Source of the DNA: a virus
Length of the DNA stretch: 29,836 nucleotides
IMG/VR virus record: IMGVR_UViG_2029527005_000013
Direction: 5' to 3' (one strand)
Notes under the pieces: generated by a model
Seen by the model: the letters and a program-made list of their open reading frames with translations, nothing else
Databases searched by the model: none
Told to the model about the DNA's origin: nothing
Translations under genes and position numbers: made by a program
Part shown: piece after piece, positions 1 to 6,059 of the stretch
Layout of the letters: each line of letters begins with the position of its first letter
Position numbering within the stretch: the stretch's first letter is position 1

Positions 1-419
1 TTGTGTAAAGCGCGGTACTCGTTTTCAATAGCCCATTTCAGGTTAAACGGGGTAACGTTGACGGCCCCGGCGCGGGCGTACTTCAGATCCTGCATGATTA
101 ACGGGTAACCGCTAGGGAGGCAAGCCTCGCCATATTTCGCCAAGTCTGCGAATACTTGATCCGGGTATTCGTTCCCGCAATTAGTTTCAATGCTAACCTG
201 GAAGCCCTCATGATAACCGGACTCAATCGAAACGGTCCAAAATTCTGGGGTGTCGATACCGTCGATCACTTCCTGCATTTGGTCTCGCTGTTCGCTGGTC
301 CAGTATGCGTGATCCTCTGCGTTCTGCTGTTGGATCTCTTCGTCGTCATTCCAGTCATTGAACGGGAAAGAAGCCAGGTTTAACATGATGCCGTTAGTGC
401 GAAAGTTTGGGCTACCCAT
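1..419 (-). CDS. hypothetical early phage protein, acidic N-half (MGSPNFRTNGIMLNLASFPFNDWNDDEE...), truncated by window edge
   Basis: Read manually: ATG at 419, frame open to position 1, purine-rich leader and a dedicated promoter at 472-500; absent from the ORF track because it has no stop in the window. Confidence 0.8.
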   Translation of the reverse strand, partial: MGSPNFRTNGIMLNLASFPFNDWNDDEEIQQQNAEDHAYWTSEQRDQMQEVIDGIDTPEFWTVSIESGYHEGFQVSIETNCGNEYPDQVFADLAKYGEACLPSGYPLIMQDLKYARAGAVNVTPFNLKWAIENEYRALH

Positions 420-471
420 TTTACGATCTCTCTTTTGTTTGTGCGGCGCGGTGTGCGTCGCTATGTGTGAT

Positions 472-500
472 ATTATGGGGCCTATCGTCGGCCCCGTCAA
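472..500 (-). promoter_or_regulatory. sigma70-type promoter TTGACG-17-CATAAT with AT-rich upstream element AAAATAGTTG
   Basis: Hexamers and spacing read directly; spacer carries inverted repeat GGGGCC/GGCCCC. Confidence 0.8.
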
Positions 501-509
501 CAACTATTT

Positions 510-881
510 TTAAATATTTTTGCAGGTTACGGGGCCAGTTGCGATCACGCTGCTTTCATCCATCATAGATAAAAAGCCTTTGCCCGTGCGGGTGTCGATC
601 TGCACCGTGGTTGATCCGGTGGCGTCCTCTTCGTGATAAGTGCGGGTAGTTCCTTTGTCGTACACGTCGCCGGACGGCGTAAAGTTTTGGGCCGGGCTTG
701 TCTTGCCTGTTGCCTCATTGGTGAGCGTCACACGGCAAACGGGCGCACTGTTGCGGGCCTTCTCCACCTCCGCGATAAAATCAGGCACGGCGAAACGGTC
801 CCGCATATCTTCGGACCAGCCAGCGGCGGCAGTGTTGACCAGGGAAGCGGAAAGGATAGCGGCGGCGATAATCTTTTTCAT
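510..881 (-). CDS. small secreted/periplasmic protein with Sec signal peptide
   Basis: MKKIIAAAILSASLVNTAAA|G signal peptide; two Cys in the mature part; own promoter. Confidence 0.8.
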   Translation of the reverse strand: MKKIIAAAILSASLVNTAAAGWSEDMRDRFAVPDFIAEVEKARNSAPVCRVTLTNEATGKTSPAQNFTPSGDVYDKGTTRTYHEEDATGSTTVQIDTRTGKGFLSMMDESSVIATGPVTCKNI

Positions 882-912
882 GGTGTAAACTCTCATTTGT
901 TTGTGTGCCTGA

Positions 913-942
913 AGTGTAAGCCGGGACGGTGCCCGGCGTCAA
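913..942 (-). promoter_or_regulatory. sigma70-type promoter TTGACG-18-TACACT
   Basis: Same AAATAGTTG upstream motif as 472-500; spacer inverted repeat GCCGGG/CCCGGC. Confidence 0.75.
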
Positions 943-945
943 CAA

Positions 946-1272
946 CTATTTATAGTTTAGTTTTGTTTCTTCCTGGTACGGCTTGCCCGTTGCCGTTTCA
1001 TAAACGACATAGCGCCCGGCGCGGTCCGCCTGCTGAAGAGTAACGGCGCGATCCTGGCATTGCTTCACGCTACCAATATAAACCGGGTCAAGGTCCGCCA
1101 GGGTAACAGGTCCCACACCAGGCAGGATCTTGAATAGGGCATAGCCACGATCCACACTATCGAACCCGGCGAACCATTCCAGGCGGTTGGCCTCCTTATT
1201 GTATCGGCAAGCGCGGACCGATCCGGCGTGTGCGGCGGTGGTCCCTTCAATGAAATATTTCGTTTGTTGCAT
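946..1272 (-). CDS. hypothetical early phage protein
   Basis: 108-aa ORF with AAGGAG RBS and upstream promoter. Confidence 0.8.
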   Translation of the reverse strand: MQQTKYFIEGTTAAHAGSVRACRYNKEANRLEWFAGFDSVDRGYALFKILPGVGPVTLADLDPVYIGSVKQCQDRAVTLQQADRAGRYVVYETATGKPYQEETKLNYK

Positions 1273-1302
1273 TGTCTTTACTCCTTTGTGTGGTGTGGCT
1301 GC

Positions 1303-1331
1303 ATTGTGGCCCGGCGGGCCTGGTAAGTCAA
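1303..1331 (-). promoter_or_regulatory. sigma70-type promoter TTGACT-17-CACAAT
   Basis: Hexamers read directly; inverted repeat GGCCCG-C-CGGGCC in the spacer; AT-rich upstream. Confidence 0.7.
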
Positions 1332-1355
1332 CATAATTTTATTTTGTCGTGGGGA

Positions 1356-1384
1356 TTGACTAACCACCAGGCTTGATCAATAAT
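1356..1384 (+). promoter_or_regulatory. sigma70-type promoter TTGACT-17-AATAAT (divergent from 1303-1331)
   Basis: Hexamers and spacing read directly. Confidence 0.65.
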
Positions 1385-1412
1385 GAGGACTCAAGCAAAC
1401 GAGGATCAAACG

Positions 1413-1673
1413 ATGACCAATACAGAATTGTTAATGAAGGCGCTAGGCTGGCAAGGTGGCACCGTTCACCAGGTGGCACGGGAAACCGGGATCACGGTTT
1501 GCCAGGTCTTGGACCTGCATACTTTCGGGCATTGCGTTTACAATACCCCACGCCGCCGGGGATACCGGGACGCCAGCCAGGGCAAGATTGACGCCGCCCC
1601 GGCGGGGCTAGATACCAGTGAATTGATCTCTTATTGGTACGGCGTGATCCAATTCCACCGGGGATATTTTTAA
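1413..1673 (+). CDS. hypothetical protein (MTNTELLMKALGWQGGTVHQVA...)
   Basis: GAGGA RBS before ATG 1413; upstream promoter. Confidence 0.75.
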   Translation: MTNTELLMKALGWQGGTVHQVARETGITVCQVLDLHTFGHCVYNTPRRRGYRDASQGKIDAAPAGLDTSELISYWYGVIQFHRGYF

Positions 1674-1692
1674 ATTATTTTCGTGTGGGGTA

Positions 1693-1722
1693 TTGACGGC
1701 CCGGCGCAAGCTGGGCTATACT
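1693..1722 (+). promoter_or_regulatory. sigma70-type promoter TTGACG-18-TATACT with no conventional ORF downstream
   Basis: Near-consensus hexamers; spacer hairpin GCCCGGC-GCAA-GCTGGGC. Confidence 0.75.
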
Positions 1723-1728
1723 TCTATT

Positions 1729-1823
1729 AACAGGAGAAGAGACGCCACCCCACGGCGAAAAGGCGGGGCTAACGTACCGGGCACCGGGGCCAGGTCGGAA
1801 GGTGAATCGCCGGGAGTTCGTCC
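1729..1823 (+). ncRNA. candidate small structured RNA (or ACG-initiated/decayed micro-ORF 1742-1879)
   Basis: GC-rich ~95 nt directly after a strong promoter, no ATG ORF; possible H-type pseudoknot at 1743-1768. Confidence 0.35.
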
Positions 1824-1854
1824 AAAATAGTTTTGTAAAGAAACGTAAAGGCGC

Positions 1855-1883
1855 TTGCAACCTGGGCCGATTTGTTTAATAAT
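1855..1883 (+). promoter_or_regulatory. sigma70-type promoter TTGCAA-17-AATAAT
   Basis: Hexamers read directly; followed by ACACATAGCG, the same leader start found after promoter 472-500. Confidence 0.6.
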
Positions 1884-1885
1884 GT

Positions 1886-1944
1886 ACACATAGCGGGAAC
1901 AAAGAGACCGGAGTACAAAACACCGGGGGTGCCCGCTATTCTGC
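1886..1944 (+). ncRNA. candidate ~55-nt hairpin RNA
   Basis: ATAGCGGG(1890-1897)/CCCGCTAT(1932-1939) outer stem, CCGG/CCGG inner stem, A-rich loops, no RBS-led ORF. Confidence 0.35.
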
Positions 1945-2026
1945 AAATGCGAATGATTATCATTCACCTACCTAAATGCGAATCACTATCATTTCACTTC
2001 TCAAATGAGAATTATTCTCATTCCAC
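1945..2026. promoter_or_regulatory. three tandem Fur-box-like palindromes, 29-bp period
   Basis: AAATGCGAATGATTATCATT (1945), AAATGCGAATCACTATCATT (1974), AAATGAGAATTATTCTCATT (2003); compare Fur 9-1-9 consensus AATGATAATNATTATCATT. Confidence 0.7.
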
Positions 2027-2088
2027 TCCCGGCGCGGGGCGCTGGCCCACGTTTTCGATTTCAATTTGGAACGGCATCACTCTGCCAC

Positions 2089-2268
2089 GAATACGATTTC
2101 GATTTTGAAAATGAGATCGAGAACTCGATCGAGAAGTCGAGATCCGGCGCGAGAATACGATTGAGAAATTGAGATCGGGATCGAGAACCCGGTAGCCCTG
2201 TCGAGACCTCGCGCCCGGCAGCGGGCACAAGAATACGATCGGCAGAATGGAAAAGCGATCGAGAACTC
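2089..2268. repeat. GATC-rich dispersed repeat cluster (4x GATCGAGAA(C/G)(T/C)C, 3x GAATACGAT)
   Basis: 12-mers at 2115, 2127, 2179, 2257; 9-mers at 2089, 2153, 2231; seven GATC between 2115 and 2260. Confidence 0.8.
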
Positions 2269-2286
2269 AAAATTTTTGATTGGCCG

Positions 2287-2359
2287 TAACTCCATTAATG
2301 AGTAGCTTATGACTCATTAATGGGGCATAACTCTCTTAATGAGTGGTTTATGACTCATT
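2287..2359. repeat. direct repeat of a 32-bp palindrome-containing unit, 41-bp period
   Basis: TAACTCCATTAATGAGTAGCTTATGACTCATT (2287-2318) and TAACTCTCTTAATGAGTGGTTTATGACTCATT (2328-2359). Confidence 0.85.
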
Positions 2360-2442
2360 GCCTATGAAGGTTTGATGAGGTGTGTGGAAGTTTGTTCAAT
2401 CCATTTGATGATGATGTGCCTGTGCGTACACGCCTACCAGGT

Positions 2443-2542
2443 ATCTTGATTTCAATCTTGAATCTATTTTCAAATCGAAAACTGATTTCAAATCTCGGCG
2501 CAAATATCATGGCAAATATCAAATCGATTTTCGATCTGAAAA
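2443..2542. repeat. AT-rich low-complexity tract (TTTCAAATC, CAAATATC repeats), partly an inverted copy of 2097-2117
   Basis: 2462-2480 reverse-complements to TTTCGATTTGAAAATAGAT versus TTTCGATTTTGAAAATGAGAT at 2097-2117. Confidence 0.6.
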
Positions 2543-2567
2543 CTAAGCCGTCCTTGGCCCACAAATA

Positions 2568-3422
2568 TCAGAGGGCTACAGAGATGAAGTTACGTATGTC
2601 AATACCTGTCTTGGGTTTGTTGCTGACATAGTTCTTCTCTTGGTAGTCACGCAGGTATCGCAGGACTGTCCAGTCTGCGCCTGGGTGTAGCACATCAAAC
2701 AGGGCAATCTCTTCCTCCAATGGCTCTGCCCAGTTCTCAAAGTGAGACATGAAGTCTGTCACAGGCATGACAAAGGCCCCGGTCTTTTGTCGGGAGGGAT
2801 CTTTACTGCTGAGGACAATCTCATTGTCTCGGGTAAAGATCATGTGCCCAGGATTCCATTCGGAATCGAAACGCAGTACGCCACCAGAACAAGCCTTCAC
2901 ACTGAGACGGCCCATTGCATCATCCCGCAGGTAGCCGTGATACATATCATCGGTGCGGTAGCTTACCGTCATGAACTTCAGGGCATGGAAATTGTGGACA
3001 AACTGACCAACCTGATAACCGAACCAGGCGTGTGCAACGTCCTTCAGTGTCTTCGATGTTGGGAGATTCTCCTCCAGGCCCCCCTGTAATTTCTCCACAA
3101 AGGCGACCATCTCGTCCCGTGTCATGTTTTCCGGGTCCCACTCTTGGGTCAGTGAGGCACAGGCATCGCGTATACCACGGTGAAGCAGGTCGATGGTTTC
3201 GTAAGACTTCTCGACGTACATCTCCAGTTCGTTATCAAAGTCGAAGTCACTGGCGATACTGCTGATGTCGCTCGCCGCCTCGCTCCCTTCGTTCTCTGTA
3301 ATAGATTGCACGTCACCGAGACGCTTTGTCAGATCTTTGAAGTCGGGAACGGTTGGGCTTGGCCTTGCCCCACGGGCGTAGTCCATCACCCCGTGTAAGA
3401 ATATTGCATCAAATGAACTCAT
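2568..3422 (-). CDS. hypothetical protein, 284 aa, acidic
   Basis: Long ORF with AGGAG RBS; last gene of the leftward cluster. Confidence 0.85.
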   Translation of the reverse strand: MSSFDAIFLHGVMDYARGARPSPTVPDFKDLTKRLGDVQSITENEGSEAASDISSIASDFDFDNELEMYVEKSYETIDLLHRGIRDACASLTQEWDPENMTRDEMVAFVEKLQGGLEENLPTSKTLKDVAHAWFGYQVGQFVHNFHALKFMTVSYRTDDMYHGYLRDDAMGRLSVKACSGGVLRFDSEWNPGHMIFTRDNEIVLSSKDPSRQKTGAFVMPVTDFMSHFENWAEPLEEEIALFDVLHPGADWTVLRYLRDYQEKNYVSNKPKTGIDIRNFISVAL

Positions 3423-3448
3423 GCTCTAAAAGCTCCTGTAACGACGCA

Positions 3449-3468
3449 GGAGAGGCGCAAGCCTCTCC
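3449..3468. other. intergenic GC-rich hairpin GGAGAGGC-GCAA-GCCTCTCC (no U-tract)
   Basis: Perfect 8-bp stem between two genes; possible mRNA stabiliser or weak terminator. Confidence 0.55.
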
Positions 3469-3480
3469 CGGTATACTTTG

Positions 3481-3738
3481 TTATCCGACGATAGATCGTG
3501 GCACGTTGGGGTCCTGACGGCTCTTGGTGTGGTCATCCACGTAAGCCTGTTGGCTTGCCAATAAACTGCCGCAGTCAATCCCCGCCTGCATGGTGTTTCG
3601 TAACGCCTGCGGGCACACGCCGTCCTGAATAGCCTTGGCTGTCAGTTCCTCTGCGAGAGCACGGACCTTATCCCAGGCTTCCTGCTGATAGGTAGCGAAC
3701 TCACGGGTCATCTTCCCGTACTTGTCATAGCAGATCAT
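3481..3738 (-). CDS. hypothetical protein
   Basis: Start MICYDK overlaps the upstream stop (ATGA coupling). Confidence 0.7.
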   Translation of the reverse strand: MICYDKYGKMTREFATYQQEAWDKVRALAEELTAKAIQDGVCPQALRNTMQAGIDCGSLLASQQAYVDDHTKSRQDPNVPRSIVG

Positions 3739-4010
3739 GATACGTAGTCCAGTACAGCGCCGCATTTTTCCATCTCTGCCAGCAACCAGATGCAGGCTTG
3801 GTTGAACTCGACCTCGTTCTCTACGTCTGCCGTCAGGTAATACTGGCAGAACTCCGCATCATCAACGTTAAGCAGTACCACGTTGCCGAAGGGTTGCTCC
3901 GGGAACTTCTGCATGATGTGGTTTTCGATAGCGTCATACTGGTCTTCGTTGGCCGGGATAAAGAACATTACGCCAGTTTGGATCGTGCGAGTAATTTTCA
4001 GGTCTGCCAT
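3735..4010 (-). CDS. hypothetical protein
   Basis: GGAG RBS, tightly packed in the operon. Confidence 0.75.
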   Translation of the reverse strand: MADLKITRTIQTGVMFFIPANEDQYDAIENHIMQKFPEQPFGNVVLLNVDDAEFCQYYLTADVENEVEFNQACIWLLAEMEKCGAVLDYVS

Positions 4011-4011
4011 T

Positions 4012-4239
4012 TTATTTCTCCACATAGTGTTTAAGGAAACATTCTACAGCCAGGTTCGGAACGGTCTGGTAGAAGAAGTCATTCTCCGTCCCGTGGAACA
4101 TAGCCGCCACATCTGGGAAGTCCTCTTGAATATAGTTCCAGAGGTTCTGCCCAACACGTAACTGGGGGTGTGCCCGGTTCAGTTCGTATGCCTGATTGAT
4201 GAGTTTAGCAGCATTCTTATGGCTGATCAACTTAGTCAT
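4012..4239 (-). CDS. hypothetical protein (HPQLRVGQ motif)
   Basis: GGAGG RBS, operon packing. Confidence 0.75.
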   Translation of the reverse strand: MTKLISHKNAAKLINQAYELNRAHPQLRVGQNLWNYIQEDFPDVAAMFHGTENDFFYQTVPNLAVECFLKHYVEK

Positions 4240-4576
4240 CAGTTACCTCCGAAGTGATACGGTTTGCCCAGCCCTCAAGGCGGATGTTTACGAATGTGGA
4301 AAACTCCTCGCTCTCCTGCATACGTTCCAGTGTCTCAACCGCTCCCAGCGCCTTGATGGCCTTGATGAATTTAATCATCTCGTCTTGGTTGTCCAGGTTC
4401 AGCTTACGCACAGCTTCGGTGAATGCGTAGTTGTTGTCATCCATCTGGGGGATGAATGCGTCCATCTCCCACTGCTCGGAATCTCCGTTACGCATAGCCT
4501 GGTATTGGCGGATGTCCTTCTGACAGATCCCTGCCATAGCCTCTACGTTCTTGATGTTCTCAAAGATGTGGTTCAT
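4232..4576 (-). CDS. hypothetical protein
   Basis: GGAG RBS, ATGA overlap. Confidence 0.75.
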   Translation of the reverse strand: MNHIFENIKNVEAMAGICQKDIRQYQAMRNGDSEQWEMDAFIPQMDDNNYAFTEAVRKLNLDNQDEMIKFIKAIKALGAVETLERMQESEEFSTFVNIRLEGWANRITSEVTDD

Positions 4577-4935
4577 TTATTCTTCTCCAGTTCAGTGATG
4601 GCGTCGGATGCCGCCTTTGTGTTTCTGAAATTGATTGTAGCACACTGGCCCATCACGTCAAGACGCTGAAGCAAAGTTTCTGCTGCATCATCTTCACCCA
4701 TTGCCCAGAAGCCCGGCAGGCCGAGGAACTCACACCAGTACGCCTTGCCCCATGAGTCGATTGACTTCGGGCAGGTCTCGTCGGTGTAGGTCCAGTACCC
4801 AACACCAAACCCGGACAGGCCGTTCTTGGTCAGGATCAACTCCGGCATACAGTCACAGGAGTCATTGATGTGGCACTCACAATCACCGAGACCCTGGCGG
4901 ACCATGTACTGTGGGACGATTTTATTGATGTTCAT
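4573..4935 (-). CDS. hypothetical Cys-rich protein (CECH..SCDC)
   Basis: ORF with ATGA overlaps on both sides. Confidence 0.75.
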   Translation of the reverse strand: MNINKIVPQYMVRQGLGDCECHINDSCDCMPELILTKNGLSGFGVGYWTYTDETCPKSIDSWGKAYWCEFLGLPGFWAMGEDDAAETLLQRLDVMGQCATINFRNTKAASDAITELEKNK

Positions 4936-5126
4936 TCGCTTCTCTCTACGTAAACTGGTGTGTTTTCACGGAACGCCATTGCGATCCCGCTGTTGTAGCC
5001 ATACTGGTGCATTATTGCCGAGATGGCCTCTTCAATATCTTTCTGAAATTGAGGATACAGGACGTTCGGCATCCTGTCAACAATCCATTCAGCACCTTGG
5101 CTCAAACGTACAGTTGCCTTCGCCAT
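4932..5126 (-). CDS. hypothetical protein
   Basis: GGAGG RBS, TGATG coupling. Confidence 0.7.
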   Translation of the reverse strand: MAKATVRLSQGAEWIVDRMPNVLYPQFQKDIEEAISAIMHQYGYNSGIAMAFRENTPVYVERSE

Positions 5127-5350
5127 CACATGTCCTCCAGTTCGAACAGTGCATTGTCGTACTGACCGCCGATGGAGTCCTCGTAGAACCCGATGGTCGC
5201 GTTCAGCTTCGCCAGTTCGGCGTCAACACCTTTGATGCCAGCGTCACGCATTTCCAGTTCGAGGGCCAGTTGCAGGCGGCGGACTGCCTCGATGTGGCCT
5301 TTCTGTTTAGCGATGCGGGCCAGGTCATTTGCTTTCTTCTTCATGCTCAT
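5126..5350 (-). CDS. hypothetical helical protein
   Basis: GAGGA RBS before MSMKKK; first gene after promoter 5384-5411. Confidence 0.75.
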   Translation of the reverse strand: MSMKKKANDLARIAKQKGHIEAVRRLQLALELEMRDAGIKGVDAELAKLNATIGFYEDSIGGQYDNALFELEDM

Positions 5351-5383
5351 CGTTTCTTCCTCGTGTTTTGTTTCGATGGGTGT

Positions 5384-5411
5384 ATAATAACACACCCGGC
5401 ACCGGATGCAA
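5384..5411 (-). promoter_or_regulatory. extended -10 promoter TTGCAT-16-(TGn)TATTAT
   Basis: AAATAGTTG upstream motif shared with the early promoters; inverted repeat CATCCGG/CCGGGTG. Confidence 0.7.
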
Positions 5412-5414
5412 CAA

Positions 5415-5717
5415 CTATTTGAACATTTTTACCAATTTCTGACGAATGCCGTAGCCTTTCGGGTTTTCTTGGTAAAGATGGTACGCCTTGGTCCACGTCA
5501 TAACCTTACTGTAGGACGATCCTTTGTGGCTAAAGGAAATAGATACCGACCTGTCATGGTCATGAATGAAGACCATGATGCCTTCCTGTCCGAAGCACTT
5601 ACGCAACTTGCGTTGGTTGTTATAATCACCCATCCATTCATGAGCCTCGCCATCTTGACTCAGGGAAACCATACATACAAAGCCGAGGATCAGTAATGCG
5701 ATAAGTAATAAGTCCAT
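5415..5717 (-). CDS. hypothetical membrane-anchored protein
   Basis: N-terminal hydrophobic helix; AGGAG RBS. Confidence 0.75.
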   Translation of the reverse strand: MDLLLIALLILGFVCMVSLSQDGEAHEWMGDYNNQRKLRKCFGQEGIMVFIHDHDRSVSISFSHKGSSYSKVMTWTKAYHLYQENPKGYGIRQKLVKMFK

Positions 5718-5733
5718 GATGTTCTCCTGTTAG

Positions 5734-5751
5734 GCCCCGGCATTCCGGGGC
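5734..5751. other. intergenic hairpin GCCCCGG-CATT-CCGGGGC
   Basis: Perfect 7-bp stem just upstream of the RBS. Confidence 0.5.
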
Positions 5752-5758
5752 ATTATGA

Positions 5759-5995
5759 TTAGTCTTTGAGTACAAATCCGTAACTGGACTCTGCACTTCT
5801 GATGTAGGAGGCTTTGCAGGCTATGTACCCGATGTGCCCAGAGGCACCCTTCATTTCTCCTCGGAAACGCATTCTGTCCATCCCGGTGGTCATTGCATCC
5901 GCCAGGTAATAGCTGGCGACTTCAGCCACAATCTTCCCCACTTTTCCGAACTCTTCGCTTTTGGTAATTTCGATTACGACCGCTTTGGTTTCCAT
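5759..5995 (-). CDS. hypothetical protein
   Basis: GAGGAGG RBS before METKAVV. Confidence 0.75.
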   Translation of the reverse strand: METKAVVIEITKSEEFGKVGKIVAEVASYYLADAMTTGMDRMRFRGEMKGASGHIGYIACKASYIRSAESSYGFVLKD

Positions 5996-6022
5996 GACAC
6001 CCTCCTCTGTTTCGATGAGAGA

Positions 6023-6052
6023 AGCATAGCAAAAAGGGCTGACCGAAGTCAA
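6023..6052 (-). promoter_or_regulatory. promoter TTGACT-18-TATGCT embedded in a terminator
   Basis: -35 lies in the 5' arm of the terminator hairpin; CATCGAAAC leader follows. Confidence 0.6.
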
Positions 6053-6059
6053 CCCCTTT
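6031..6059 (-). terminator. intrinsic terminator GGGTTGAC-TTCG-GTCAGCCC-TTTTT
   Basis: UUCG tetraloop stem plus U-tract immediately after a stop codon. Confidence 0.8.

Noticed and set aside
156-383. 75-aa plus-strand ORF
   Set aside because: Overlaps the better-supported minus-strand gene 1-419, which has a promoter and leader
1786-1812. CCAGGTCGGAAGG resembles the SRP 4.5S RNA domain IV core (CAGGTCCGGAAGGAAGCAG)
   Set aside because: Lacks the AGCAG partner strand and the long flanking helix; match too short
1945-2359. Possible CRISPR or ToxI-like tandem array
   Set aside because: Units are too few, spacers too short (under 10 bp), no cas or toxN gene, and no similarity to the ToxI repeat that I can see
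2018-2631. Several 69-83 aa ORFs across the repeat region
   Set aside because: Low-complexity translations (SISIS, RSRSR) of hexamer repeats, no RBS; treated as non-coding
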